Below, in pieces: positions 48,432 through 57,962 of a DNA stretch of 64,000 nucleotides. The stretch is from a virus (Duplodnaviria > Caudoviricetes). The stretch's first letter is position 1. Every line of letters starts with the position of its first letter. The notes beneath the pieces are model-generated. The model was given only the letters and a program-made list of their open reading frames with translations. It did not search any database and was not told where the DNA came from. The stretch covers positions 32,001 through 96,000 of IMG/VR virus record IMGVR_UViG_2930578203_000001; one strand, written 5' to 3'. The translations under genes and the position numbers were made by a program.

Positions 48432-49721
48432 ATGCCCGACAACGCTCGCATCGAGGAACTGCAGAAGCAGCTCCAGGCCAAGAGCGCCGAGGCCGAGGAG
48501 ATCAGCAAGTCCTTCAAGGTCGAGGACGGCGGGTTCGTCGTCTCCACCGAGCAGGCAACCAAGTTCCGCAAGGTCTCCAGCGAGGCGCAGGAGATCAAGG
48601 CGCTCATCGACGCCGAGCAGGGCCTGGTCGAGATCAAGCAGTACCTCGACGCCCCGGAGACCACGCCGGCCGCGGCCGCGCACTACGGCAAGACCCCGAC
48701 CATGGAGGAGAAGTCTCTGGGCGACATGTTCGTCGACTCCGACTCCTTCAAGCGCGCCAGCGCCGCAGGCTTCGACGATCGCCCGTACATCCGCGCCGCG
48801 ATGGAAGGGAAGTCGATCTTCTCCCTGAGCGCCGGCACGGTCACGCACCAGACCCTCGGCAGCGTCCAGAACCTGGGCATCGCCGAGCGGGCCTACCGCA
48901 AGTGGCACATCCGGGACCTGTTCCCGAAGTCCTCGACCAAGCAGGCCGTCCTCTACGGCGCCCGGGAGACCGGCTGGACGAACAACGCGAGGCAGGTCAA
49001 GGAACGCTACGGCGCCGACGGCACCAGCCCGGCGACCGGCGCGGACACCGACACCTGGGGCCGCGCGCCTCGGTCGAAGCTGGCCCTGACCCCGGTGATG
49101 TACCCGGTCGCCGAGGTCGCGCACCTGATCGACGCGCACAAGAACATCCTGAGCGACGAACCGAGGCTCAAGACGTTCATCAACGGGCGCATGGTCGAGG
49201 GCGTCAAGTACCAGGAGGACTGGGACCTGCTCCACTCCGTCGGCGACGGCCAGTCCCTCACCGGCATCTACAACACCCCCGGCGTTCAGCAGTACACCGG
49301 GTTGGCGACCGACAAGTACTCGGTCCAGATCCGGCGTGCCATCACCAAGGCGCTCCTCGCCGAGTACGAGCCGACCGGCATCGTCCTGTCGCCCACGATG
49401 TGGGAGCACGTCGAGGTCGAAGAGGACGACAACGGTGCCTTCCGCGTCGCCATCGCCGTGGCCATCGGCGCGGAGAAAAAGGTCTGGCGCCTGAACGTCG
49501 TCGAGACCACGGCCATGTCGGATGGGGACTTCCTCATCGGCGCCTTCGGCCTCGGCGCGCAGCTCCACGACAGGGAGAACGTCAGCGTCACCGTCTCGTC
49601 GGAGAACGCCGACAACTTCGAGAAGGGCCTGATCACCTTCCGCGCGGACGAGCGCCTGGCGCTCGAGGTCCCGCGGCCGGAGAGCTTCGTCATAGGCACC
49701 TGGACCACTCCGACTGGCTGA
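48432..49721 (+). CDS. Major capsid protein (HK97 fold, N-terminal delta domain)
   Basis: Coiled-coil N-terminus; IRDLFP; LTGIYN; NFEKGLITFRADERLALEV.RPESF. Confidence 0.92.
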   Translation: MPDNARIEELQKQLQAKSAEAEEISKSFKVEDGGFVVSTEQATKFRKVSSEAQEIKALIDAEQGLVEIKQYLDAPETTPAAAAHYGKTPTMEEKSLGDMFVDSDSFKRASAAGFDDRPYIRAAMEGKSIFSLSAGTVTHQTLGSVQNLGIAERAYRKWHIRDLFPKSSTKQAVLYGARETGWTNNARQVKERYGADGTSPATGADTDTWGRAPRSKLALTPVMYPVAEVAHLIDAHKNILSDEPRLKTFINGRMVEGVKYQEDWDLLHSVGDGQSLTGIYNTPGVQQYTGLATDKYSVQIRRAITKALLAEYEPTGIVLSPTMWEHVEVEEDDNGAFRVAIAVAIGAEKKVWRLNVVETTAMSDGDFLIGAFGLGAQLHDRENVSVTVSSENADNFEKGLITFRADERLALEVPRPESFVIGTWTTPTG

Positions 49722-50135
49722 CTGCGCCGCGAGTGAGAGGGCGCTCGGGCGCCGGGGCACCCGGGACGGCCCTTGCCCGGCTCATCCCGTCTTGAGCGGT
49801 TTGAGCGTGCTGGTCGGCCACAGAAGCAGGTGAACACGGCCCCTGTAGATCATGGAGTTCTTTACCTTCAGGGTCCACAAGGGTGCCGTGTTCGTCCCGC
49901 TATCATCGCGCACCGATACTCCGCCCCTCTCGGCGCCCCGTCCTGATGAACTCCGTGGCCAAGTCATCCATCAGCAAGTCCGCAGATTGAGCGTCAAGTT
50001 GGATCCCATCGCTGATCCGCGTGGCGCGTTACCGACTGTCCTCGCTGATGGCTCCGGTGATCTATAGGATGACGGCAGCAGGTCACGACTCGATCATCAC
50101 GGCGGCCGAACGGGCATGACCAACCCGGATGGCGA

Positions 50136-50756
50136 TTACACGCCGAGCAAGCACTCCATACGAGACCAAACATAGGCCGCGACGTCTGCCTCGCTTTGGG
50201 TACAGTCGACACATAGAATCTCGCCGAAAAAATCGGCGGACCCCATAACATCGTCAAGCGATTTATATCCCGCCAAATTGTGATCACGCCCCAATTGTTC
50301 TTTGAGGCTCAACTCGGACCTGCTATTCACCCTCCCCCACAGCACATCAAATTCCGCAGAGAGATAGACTGTCAGGTCGACTGGGAATGCGCGGGCGGTA
50401 TCTCTGAATAGACTCCTACCGACGTCAGACACCCCTTCATCCAAGCGGGAAATGTCGTACGGAATGAATCTGTCGAATATCACCACCTGAGAGCCACTGG
50501 CCTGGGCTATTCCAATCCTTGCGTGGGTGCGCGCAAGCCTGATGAACATGTCAGAGCATGGAGAGAGTCTATCGAATCCGCCGTCGGACCGCTTAATCAC
50601 TTGTGTCATAGCAGCGATATTGGTGGACGAATCGGCGGCACCCCTGCCAATAACCGTGCAATCAACCCGCCGCTCAGCCAATATGGCACTGATGTTTTTC
50701 ACCAGCGTAGTCTTTCCGGCTCCGTCATACCCTTCCACTGCGAGGACAAACACCAT
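50136..50756 (-). CDS. Thymidylate/dNMP kinase-like P-loop protein
   Basis: AVEGYDGAGKTT, VIFDRF, DLTVYL...LWGRVNSR. Confidence 0.82.
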   Translation of the reverse strand: MVFVLAVEGYDGAGKTTLVKNISAILAERRVDCTVIGRGAADSSTNIAAMTQVIKRSDGGFDRLSPCSDMFIRLARTHARIGIAQASGSQVVIFDRFIPYDISRLDEGVSDVGRSLFRDTARAFPVDLTVYLSAEFDVLWGRVNSRSELSLKEQLGRDHNLAGYKSLDDVMGSADFFGEILCVDCTQSEADVAAYVWSRMECLLGV

Positions 50757-50771
50757 CCCCGTCCCTCCAGT

Positions 50772-51719
50772 TCAGTCTTCCGTGATAGATATACGAGACG
50801 TCACATATCGCTCGACAAAGAGCGTGACCAGGAATGTCACCACCAAGGCGACGATTACAGCAACGCTGACGAATACAGCAACGTTCAAAAACTCGCGATG
50901 CCGAATTGATTGCAACAGCGGGATACCGAGTGACGCCAGAAATGTCCCAACAGCCGCCACCATGACGGTTACGAGGGAGAGACGAAATGAACTCTTGGCC
51001 AGGAGAAGCTTTCCGGCTCGCACAGCCAAGAATCGGTGCATCGCCGACCGGTAGTGCAGGACTGTGAGCTGAGCGACGAGGTTCCGGTAGAACTGGCGAC
51101 CATTTGGGGGTACATGGTAGAACTGCCTCCGCAGTTCACTGTCAGAGTCGTAGATCATCTGAAACGAGTCCATTCGGTGAAATGTACACCGCGTGAAGAT
51201 CCCCTTCGTGTTGTCAAGACGTTGCTCGTACGGCCCTAGCTTGTCCTTCTTCCGGTCATGCTGAAAGCTCCTCAATAGCAGCTGGCTGGGTTGAGCAAAG
51301 AAAGAATCGATCCGCGCTCGGTTCTTTCCACCCGACTGCAGGTCGTACTGCTTAAGTGCAGAGTTCAGGTCAACCAAAGTCAGCAAGTGGTCATTGGCCT
51401 CTAGGTTCGTCTTAGCGTCGACCCCCTCTCGCCACTGCTTAGGCTGCATACTCTTCGAAGCGTATGTGTAGTCCACGATAATGAAGTCGTAGCGGCGGCG
51501 ACATACATCGATGAAATCCTGAAGCGTCTCCGCAGAGAACTTGTACCCGTCCGGTGTGTCATCGACGACGACCTTGAGTGTTTCAATTACCGGTTCGACC
51601 CTCCTACCGTCAACCTCAACCGATTGTCCGCGCAGAGTTTCAGCCAGTCTGCGCAGAACGACCTCGTCGTCATCAATGATAAGGGTGCGAAAGCTTACCT
51701 TCTTGACGTGTCCCATCAC
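50772..51719 (-). CDS. Receiver-like domain protein with two C-terminal TM helices
   Basis: TLIIDDD...YDFIIVDY; two hydrophobic helices at the C-terminus; AGGAGA RBS. Confidence 0.7.
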   Translation of the reverse strand: MMGHVKKVSFRTLIIDDDEVVLRRLAETLRGQSVEVDGRRVEPVIETLKVVVDDTPDGYKFSAETLQDFIDVCRRRYDFIIVDYTYASKSMQPKQWREGVDAKTNLEANDHLLTLVDLNSALKQYDLQSGGKNRARIDSFFAQPSQLLLRSFQHDRKKDKLGPYEQRLDNTKGIFTRCTFHRMDSFQMIYDSDSELRRQFYHVPPNGRQFYRNLVAQLTVLHYRSAMHRFLAVRAGKLLLAKSSFRLSLVTVMVAAVGTFLASLGIPLLQSIRHREFLNVAVFVSVAVIVALVVTFLVTLFVERYVTSRISITED

Positions 51720-51729
51720 GGATCTCCTT

Positions 51730-52842
51730 CTACCTGCGGTAATCGGGTTCCTTGAGCTCGTGCGCGGCCATGGATGGCTGCCACTGCAAATTCCTCAGAT
51801 TCCGGGCATAGGTTTGAAAGAATTGCGGATCCTGGTACAGCGATACACTGAAGCCTGAAGTCAACGTTTTCTTCAGAGCCCTCACGATTGCACTGACGAG
51901 CCCTGGATTCTGGTAGTCGATTCCCACCGGGACATCAGAGACTCCCCGGTCCAAAGCGAAGTAGAACTGGGCTATATCCTTCAGGCCGAGGCAAATTTGA
52001 CGTACCTGATATCGGTCAATCTCGTCGAATATTGCAGGGCTCTCGGCGAACGGTATTATCTCGTTTCTGAACAGCGATTCATACCTGTGGGCGAAGGATT
52101 CGAACTCGGCGTGGCTTGTTACAAACGGGCAGGCGAACGAGACTCTGGTTTCGAAAGGTGCCACCGCACTCGCCATGCACTCAACCCACTCGGGATGCAG
52201 CGATAGGTACCTCATCCCATGGTTGCCGAGTTCGGGGTTTTTCTCTACCGAGTCGAACAGATACTGCCCTAGCACCGGGTCGTCACTCCGGATATCAATT
52301 CCTCGCAAGACCACCTGAATCACATCGGGCAATTTGTCGACGATGCGCGCAAGAGAGGATGACATCCAGTGTGACAGCAGGTCTCGCCTGTAGCAGATTT
52401 CCGGGTCTTCTACGACTGCCTTATACATTAGGTGTTCGGCACGCACAAAGATCGTTTCGACACGTTTAAGATCCAACCCCGCGAGATCACTTTCGTCAAA
52501 TACGGCAGCCTGGAAGGACCCCGGAAAATTCTGGTATTCCTCACTGTTCGTGAAACCAGAGTTCACTCTTGCGGGAGCAAGGGTCCAAGAGTCCTGTATG
52601 TAGTCGAGTCGCTCCACCCTATGAAGGGGTATTCCCTTGATTCGGCAAATGACCTCGGCGTGACTATTGGCACCCTTCTCAAGAAAGAAAATCCCTTTGA
52701 CGTTCTCGATGAACCTGACATCGAGATCCTCTAGCTTGTGGAGATAGAGGACAACGTCCTGGCCTGGGATATGGCGTCCCGACTGGATTGCACATGGGAT
52801 TCCGTCAAGATCAACCACGCAGCTACCCTCCGGGATCAACAT
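51730..52842 (-). CDS. Minimal PEP-utilising enzyme (phosphohistidine swivel domain plus PEP-binding TIM barrel)
   Basis: GANSHAEVICRIKGIP; FVRAEH, VLRGIDIRSD, EKNPELGNHGMR, ESPA, LGLKDIAQFYFALDRG match the EI/PPDK/PEPS motif series. Confidence 0.8.
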   Translation of the reverse strand: MLIPEGSCVVDLDGIPCAIQSGRHIPGQDVVLYLHKLEDLDVRFIENVKGIFFLEKGANSHAEVICRIKGIPLHRVERLDYIQDSWTLAPARVNSGFTNSEEYQNFPGSFQAAVFDESDLAGLDLKRVETIFVRAEHLMYKAVVEDPEICYRRDLLSHWMSSSLARIVDKLPDVIQVVLRGIDIRSDDPVLGQYLFDSVEKNPELGNHGMRYLSLHPEWVECMASAVAPFETRVSFACPFVTSHAEFESFAHRYESLFRNEIIPFAESPAIFDEIDRYQVRQICLGLKDIAQFYFALDRGVSDVPVGIDYQNPGLVSAIVRALKKTLTSGFSVSLYQDPQFFQTYARNLRNLQWQPSMAAHELKEPDYRR

Positions 52843-53127
52843 TCAGATCAGGCTCCGCGGGGTCATGGCCGAAGCAGCGGCAACGACCGGCGGGGAGTCG
52901 AGGCAAACGCTTGGAGCGGACTAGGAGGTACCGTTTGGAACTTCCAATCAATGTGATCTTCCAAGAGAGTTGCATCCCGGTCTTGATTGAGGGCGAGATA
53001 CCCAATCGAATGCGGGCTCAATCTCGGTCCGCAGTACGCGAAGGGCTGGCCAGGGCCGTCCTCCGTGCCCGCATGATCGTCGGGGACCGTGACCTGGCCG
53101 TCGCCAACGACAGCCTCCGCAGCTGCC

Positions 53128-53335
53128 CTAATCGGGGCAGGAGCCTGGGTGGCGGACGCGACACACTGCTCGGTCCGGTAGCGCCTGGAGTTTGACGGGC
53201 CAGTTCTCCTGATCGCCCTTGACGGTCAGGAGATAGTGGGCGCCGCGCTCGTGCAGGTAGGTGGCGTGGGTCCGCTGTACGGGCAAGCGTCCACCGTGAT
53301 GACGGCACCGATCAGGTCGGCGTCCTCGATCATGC
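53128..53335 (-). pseudogene. ISAs1-family transposase remnant
   Basis: DLIGAVITVDA (frameshift) QRTHATYLHERGAHYLLTVKGDQ resembles ISAs1 ...YLLTVKGNQ. Confidence 0.65.
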
Positions 53336-53413
53336 AACCGCGGGCGCGACCGTAGCGCTCTCCGTCCCCCATCCTTCCGCGGCCACCACACCGGAAGCAG
53401 CGGAAGGAAACCC

Positions 53414-53875
53414 ATGGGGCTCTACCGAGAGAACGGGCAGCGGATCACGAAGGCGGCGTTCCCGGCCGTCGCCCTCACCGACCCGCCCAAGCGCATCACC
53501 GAGAACGTCTACCAGACCGAGCCGTACGGCCGCGGCGACGGCCGCCCCGAGGGCTCCCGCCGTCACCTGCTTTACGAGGCCGGGGACATGGTCCCTCAGT
53601 CCGTGATCGACCGGCTGTTCACTGCGGCGACGATCGGCACCGTCACACCGGCCACCGGCCCGGCCGCGGGCGGTACAACCGTCACCATCACCGGCACCGC
53701 CCTCGACGGCGTCTCTGCGGTGAACTTCGGCGCGACCGCTGGGACTGAACTCAACGTCGTCTCCGCGACCGAGCTGCGCGTCAAGACGCCCGCGGGCGCG
53801 GCCGGAGCGGTGAACGTCGTCCTCGTCGACGACGGCGGCAACATCACCAAGACGGGCGGCTTCACCTACGCGTGA
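53414..53875 (+). CDS. IPT/TIG (Ig-like) domain virion protein
   Basis: VTPATGPAAGGTTVTITGT...VNFG...VVSATELRVKTP...GGFTY. Confidence 0.85.
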   Translation: MGLYRENGQRITKAAFPAVALTDPPKRITENVYQTEPYGRGDGRPEGSRRHLLYEAGDMVPQSVIDRLFTAATIGTVTPATGPAAGGTTVTITGTALDGVSAVNFGATAGTELNVVSATELRVKTPAGAAGAVNVVLVDDGGNITKTGGFTYA

Positions 53876-53887
53876 GGACGAACACGC

Positions 53888-53921
53888 AAAGAGCCCCGGG
53901 GCTTGGGCCCGGGGCTCTTTT
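53888..53921. terminator. Bidirectional intrinsic terminator
   Basis: AAAGAGCCCCGGG-N7-CCCGGGGCTCTTTT. Confidence 0.85.
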
Positions 53922-53938
53922 GCTGCTTGCGGGTGGCC

Positions 53939-54055
53939 TTAGAACAGCTCGCCGGCTAGCCAACGCAGGAACTCCCACACAGCCCTGGCCGCCAGACTCA
54001 CGCCCAGACGACGGACCAGTGACTCCCTGTCCTTCGGTTCGTTCTGCTTTCTCAA
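53939..54055 (-). CDS. 38-aa antisense peptide MRKQNEPKDRESLVRRLGVSLAARAVWEFLRWLAGELF
   Basis: TTG start with AGGAAGGGGGG RBS; TAA just before the terminator; below the ORF-track size cutoff. Confidence 0.5.
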   Translation of the reverse strand: MRKQNEPKDRESLVRRLGVSLAARAVWEFLRWLAGELF

Positions 54056-54267
54056 GCATCACGCCCCCCTTCCTGAGAAGTACCTCGAGTTCTCGAGGCC
54101 TTTTGGCCCCTATCCACAAAGGTCTTCGTCCAGGAGAGCGAGCTGATCGTATCGCCGATCCCCCGTCATCTGACCCGCACTGCAGGGACCGGGCAGGACG
54201 CGACACAAGCCGCGTCCGGTGTGCAGGGTGCGCGTCGACCGGACTACCACCCGAGAGGGAGCCACCC

Positions 54268-54801
54268 ATGGCAGGCACCACCCGTACCCGTAAAACCGCC
54301 GCGGCGCAGCCCGCGGACGCCGGCGACACCCCCGTCGCCGAGGCCGAGAAGACCACCGCGGAGCCCACGGGTGATCCCGCCACCGAGGAGGCCACCACCG
54401 CGGCGACAGCCGGGGAGTCCCCCACAGTCGAGACCAGCCCGAAGGCGCCCGACGTGGCCCCGCTGGAGCCTTCGGCCGTCCACGAGGCGCCCGAGCCCCC
54501 GGCGGAACCCGGCTACGTCTCCCCGACCGAGGTCATCCCCGACGACATCGCCGAGGTCATCCTCGACGACGCCACCAAGCATCCCCCGGCCGACATCGAC
54601 GCCGTGTTCCAGCCCGTCACCCCGCACGGCTCCGCCTTCAGGTGCACCGTCCGCCTGGTCGAGCGGACCTACGTGGGCCCGCACAGCAACCCGATCGAGC
54701 GGCTGCTGCAGCCCAAGGGCGCCCACGTCTCCGAGAGCATCGCCGCCCGCATCCGTGAGCGCCTGGTCGCGCAGGCCGACGCCACTAGCACCGAGAAGTA
54801 A
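54268..54801 (+). CDS. Hypothetical virion-module protein
   Basis: GAGGGAG RBS; preceded by the promoter motif at 54199-54229. Confidence 0.7.
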   Translation: MAGTTRTRKTAAAQPADAGDTPVAEAEKTTAEPTGDPATEEATTAATAGESPTVETSPKAPDVAPLEPSAVHEAPEPPAEPGYVSPTEVIPDDIAEVILDDATKHPPADIDAVFQPVTPHGSAFRCTVRLVERTYVGPHSNPIERLLQPKGAHVSESIAARIRERLVAQADATSTEK

Positions 54802-54812
54802 GGGGGCCCGGG

Positions 54813-55679
54813 GTGTCGGTCGTCGACCACGAACCCATGTACGGCGGGGCGCACTACGACCCCGAACCGGCCGGCGGACAGGTCACCAGCCTCGTCCTCT
54901 ACAACGGCCCGGAACGCACCACCAAAGTTGCCGCGTCAGGGCCGGGCACTCGACTGCGGCCCGGGACGTACCGGTTCGCGTTGCCTGACGTGCCGCCCGG
55001 CCGGTACTGGGCCACCGTCACCTTCACCCCCAGCAGCGGCGCCCAGCCCGTCAAGGACCAGTCCCTACGGCTGGACCTTCCCCTCGGGCTGGGCCTCGCC
55101 ACCTCCCCGGAAGCCGTCGCCGACGACCTCGGCGTGCCGCTCCCACTCACCCCCGCTCAGCGCGACTCCCTGACGACCGCGATCCGCCGGGCTCAAGCCG
55201 ACGTCGAGGCGTACCTGGGCAGGCCCCTTGTTCCGCGCGTCGTCACCCGCACCGCGGTCACGCCCTACTGGCGTCCCAACGAGGATCTGGCCGACCCCGA
55301 GGCATGGCCGTTCGACATCGACGACGACTGGCAGGTGTCCGCCTACCGTGACCGCGGGGACGGCACGTATGACGTCGACCTCCTCGTCGGCCTGGACGGT
55401 GCCGCTGAAGACCCGATCGTCCGCTACGTCACCGCCCACGCCGCGGAGTCCGAACGCAACCGGCCCGGCGGCGTCGGCGCCCAGGGCCGCCGTGTCTCCT
55501 CCGTGAGCGCCGAAGGACAGTCGATCTCGTACGACTCTGCGCCCACGACCGGTCAGGCCGGCGCCCTGCCGACCATCGACACCCTGTCCCGGTTGAAGCG
55601 CCGCCTGTGGCAGCCGCTCAACATCCCACCGCGCCCTCCGTGGCCGTACTCCTCGACCCGCTACCGCAGCGGCCGCTGA
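54813..55679 (+). CDS. Head-tail adaptor-like protein
   Basis: AIRRAQADVEAYLGRPL...SVSAEGQSISY; gene position. Confidence 0.7.
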   Translation: MSVVDHEPMYGGAHYDPEPAGGQVTSLVLYNGPERTTKVAASGPGTRLRPGTYRFALPDVPPGRYWATVTFTPSSGAQPVKDQSLRLDLPLGLGLATSPEAVADDLGVPLPLTPAQRDSLTTAIRRAQADVEAYLGRPLVPRVVTRTAVTPYWRPNEDLADPEAWPFDIDDDWQVSAYRDRGDGTYDVDLLVGLDGAAEDPIVRYVTAHAAESERNRPGGVGAQGRRVSSVSAEGQSISYDSAPTTGQAGALPTIDTLSRLKRRLWQPLNIPPRPPWPYSSTRYRSGR

Positions 55680-55698
55680 CGAAGGGAGCTGCCCCGCC

Positions 55699-56031
55699 AT
55701 GGCCGTCGTGCTGCCGAACGCCAGGCTGACGGTGTACGTGCTCGCACACCCCTGGGAGCGCGACGCCAACGGCGTGCCGGTACCGCCGAACCCCAACGAG
55801 AAGCCGCCCCCGCGCGGCACCTGGCCCGGGTCGGTCCTCGAGCAGAGCGACGGTTCATGGTCGGTGCGCCTCGACCCGCAGGCGTGGCCACTGGAGGCCG
55901 GCGACACCATCACGGACAAGACCGGCCGCTCCTGGACCTTGTCCAGCGCCCGGCTCCACGCCGTTCCCGGCTGCGCGGATGCCGACTACGTCCAGGCCGC
56001 GGCCACGCTTAACCCTCCAGAAGTCCCCTGA
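55699..56031 (+). CDS. Head-closure-like protein
   Basis: RDANG.P...LEAGDTI...W; gene position. Confidence 0.6.
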   Translation: MAVVLPNARLTVYVLAHPWERDANGVPVPPNPNEKPPPRGTWPGSVLEQSDGSWSVRLDPQAWPLEAGDTITDKTGRSWTLSSARLHAVPGCADADYVQAAATLNPPEVP

Positions 56032-56561
56032 TGGCGAAGTTCACGCCCGCGCCGGGCCTCGAAGAGGCGCTCGCCAGGATGGTGGCGCCCTCCGTCCACC
56101 GCATCGCTCAGCAGGTAGAGATCGAGGCGAAGCGACTCGCCCCGCCCGTCAAACGGTGGGTCACCGTAGCCGACGACAAGGTGCGCCCGACCCACGTTGC
56201 TGCCCAGGGCCAAGAGGTCCCGGGCAATCTGCGGTTCGCCATCAACTCGATGGACTGGGACCGCCGTCACCGCGGCGTCGGAGCGAAGACGTACATGCGG
56301 GAGCCCAGGGACCAGTCGTCCCGCGCCGTCGCCAATATCAAGAACTGCCGGTGCACGACCCACAGCGACCCGGACGGCATCGCGAAGAACATCAACACGG
56401 GCCAGCCCGTCGTCGCCGGGAAGAAGGTCACCGTGACCGTCACCGCTCGCGGCAGCCTGGTCGTCGAGGCCGAAGTGGGCACTGTCTACCCCGGCAACCT
56501 CGTCGCCGACGGCGCGCACTTCATGTCCCGCGGCGCCGCCATCGTCGCCGCCCGACGCTGA
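56031..56561 (+). CDS. Neck (HK97 gp10-like) protein with an inserted MuF-like segment
   Basis: EAKRLAP...KRWVTVADDKVRPTH...NCRC...EVGT...HFM. Confidence 0.65.
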   Translation: MAKFTPAPGLEEALARMVAPSVHRIAQQVEIEAKRLAPPVKRWVTVADDKVRPTHVAAQGQEVPGNLRFAINSMDWDRRHRGVGAKTYMREPRDQSSRAVANIKNCRCTTHSDPDGIAKNINTGQPVVAGKKVTVTVTARGSLVVEAEVGTVYPGNLVADGAHFMSRGAAIVAARR

Positions 56562-56601
56562 GCACGCGACACAAGCGGCCCCCGCCCGCACAGTGCGCAC
56601 C

Positions 56602-56868
56602 ATGGCTACGAACACCACTCCCAGGAAGCCGGCGGAGGAGTCCGCCGAGACCGTTACCGACACCGCCGCGGCCCGCCCCGAGCGCGCCACCCGCCGGGCC
56701 CCGGCCCTCGTCGGCCCGCCCCTCGGCGAGGGCCAGGAGCCGGTCACCGTCACCATGTCGCATCACCTGCGCATCGACGGCACCGACTTCACACCCGGCG
56801 CCGAGATCACCGTGTCCCCCGACTACGCCCGCCGCCTCCGCGGACAGGGCTTCACCGCCCGCACCTGA
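56602..56868 (+). CDS. Small hypothetical protein
   Basis: ATG 7 nt after CGCGAC-N18-CACAGT. Confidence 0.65.
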   Translation: MATNTTPRKPAEESAETVTDTAAARPERATRRAPALVGPPLGEGQEPVTVTMSHHLRIDGTDFTPGAEITVSPDYARRLRGQGFTART

Positions 56869-57293
56869 TGGCCGAACTGACCCTCGCGGACGCCGACCCA
56901 GTCTCCGTACTCCTCGCCTGGCTCCAACAGAGCGCCGCGGCCGCCGACGCACTCGGCGGCCCCGGCCGCGTGTCCGGGATGGCCGAGGCCCCATGGCCGC
57001 ACCTCGCCATCGGGCACGGCCCCGGCGGAAATCTCCGTGACCTCCGTTGGGCCACAGCACCGGAGGTGACGCTCGAGGCGTACGGAGATCCCGGCGGCTG
57101 GCCGGGCAAGGCGGAGCTGCGGCGCATCCTCATCCGCTGCGCGAATGCCGCTCAGGACATCGTCGAGGCGCCCCACACGCCCGACCGGCCGGTCATCAAC
57201 GGTGTGAAGCCCTCCGGCCTCCTCGTCTGGTCGCCGCTCGTCGACGGCCAACCCCGGTGGTTGATGAACCTCTCCGTGACCCTCCACCCGTGA
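56868..57293 (+). CDS. Tail terminator-like protein
   Basis: Position before the tail tube gene; size and composition. Confidence 0.6.
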   Translation: MAELTLADADPVSVLLAWLQQSAAAADALGGPGRVSGMAEAPWPHLAIGHGPGGNLRDLRWATAPEVTLEAYGDPGGWPGKAELRRILIRCANAAQDIVEAPHTPDRPVINGVKPSGLLVWSPLVDGQPRWLMNLSVTLHP

Positions 57294-57365
57294 CCACGCG
57301 ACGTTAACCACCCCGGCTCTCCAAGGTGTCCGCGCCCTAGCACCGGACACCTTGGAGAGCACGTC

Positions 57366-57962
57366 ATGGCAGGCGAGAGCGCCAACAACAACGAGATCGT
57401 CATCCCGGCGATCACCCGGATCTACCTGGCCCCCGTCGGGTCGCAGGCCCCGGCCGACGCTACGTCGCCGATGCCCGAAGCCCTGCGGAACGTGGGCCTC
57501 ACCACTGAGGACAGCCTCAAGTTCAACAGCGAGCCGAACTTCGAGCAGGTGCGGAGCGCACAGTCCTCCTACCCGACCCGGACGTTCCAGACGACTGACG
57601 CGGCGACGATCGAAGTCGACCTGCAGCAGTGGTCCGGCGCAAACTTCCGGGCCGTGTACGGCGGGGGCGAGATCACCGAGATCACCGTGGCCGGCCAGAC
57701 CGGCGTCAAGCACTACAAGTTCGCCCCGCCGAAGATCGGCGGCCGCACCGAGGTCATGGCCGTCGTCGAGGTCGTCGACGGTGGCAAGCACTACCGGTAC
57801 GTCTTCCCGCGCGCGATGCAGATGGAAGGCGTCTCCAAGGACCTCGCCAAGACGAAGGAGGCCGTGCTGCCCCTGCGTCTCGCGGTCCAGGGCGGCGACG
57901 AACTCGACGCCTGGTACCTCATCACCGACGACCCGGCCTTCGCGCTGCCGACCACTCCGTGA
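57366..57962 (+). CDS. Major tail (tube) protein
   Basis: IYLAPVG...VGLTTEDSL...SAQS..P; actinophage tail-tube pattern. Confidence 0.82.
   Translation: MAGESANNNEIVIPAITRIYLAPVGSQAPADATSPMPEALRNVGLTTEDSLKFNSEPNFEQVRSAQSSYPTRTFQTTDAATIEVDLQQWSGANFRAVYGGGEITEITVAGQTGVKHYKFAPPKIGGRTEVMAVVEVVDGGKHYRYVFPRAMQMEGVSKDLAKTKEAVLPLRLAVQGGDELDAWYLITDDPAFALPTTP

Noticed and set aside
49780-50135. Left flank of the low-GC island as a gene or IS end
   Set aside because: Short ORFs with no recognisable motif; no terminal repeat or target duplication could be identified by eye.
51730-52842. Calling this gene ptsI, ppdK or ppsA
   Set aside because: Too short; lacks HPr-binding and ATP-grasp domains, and key barrel residues differ.
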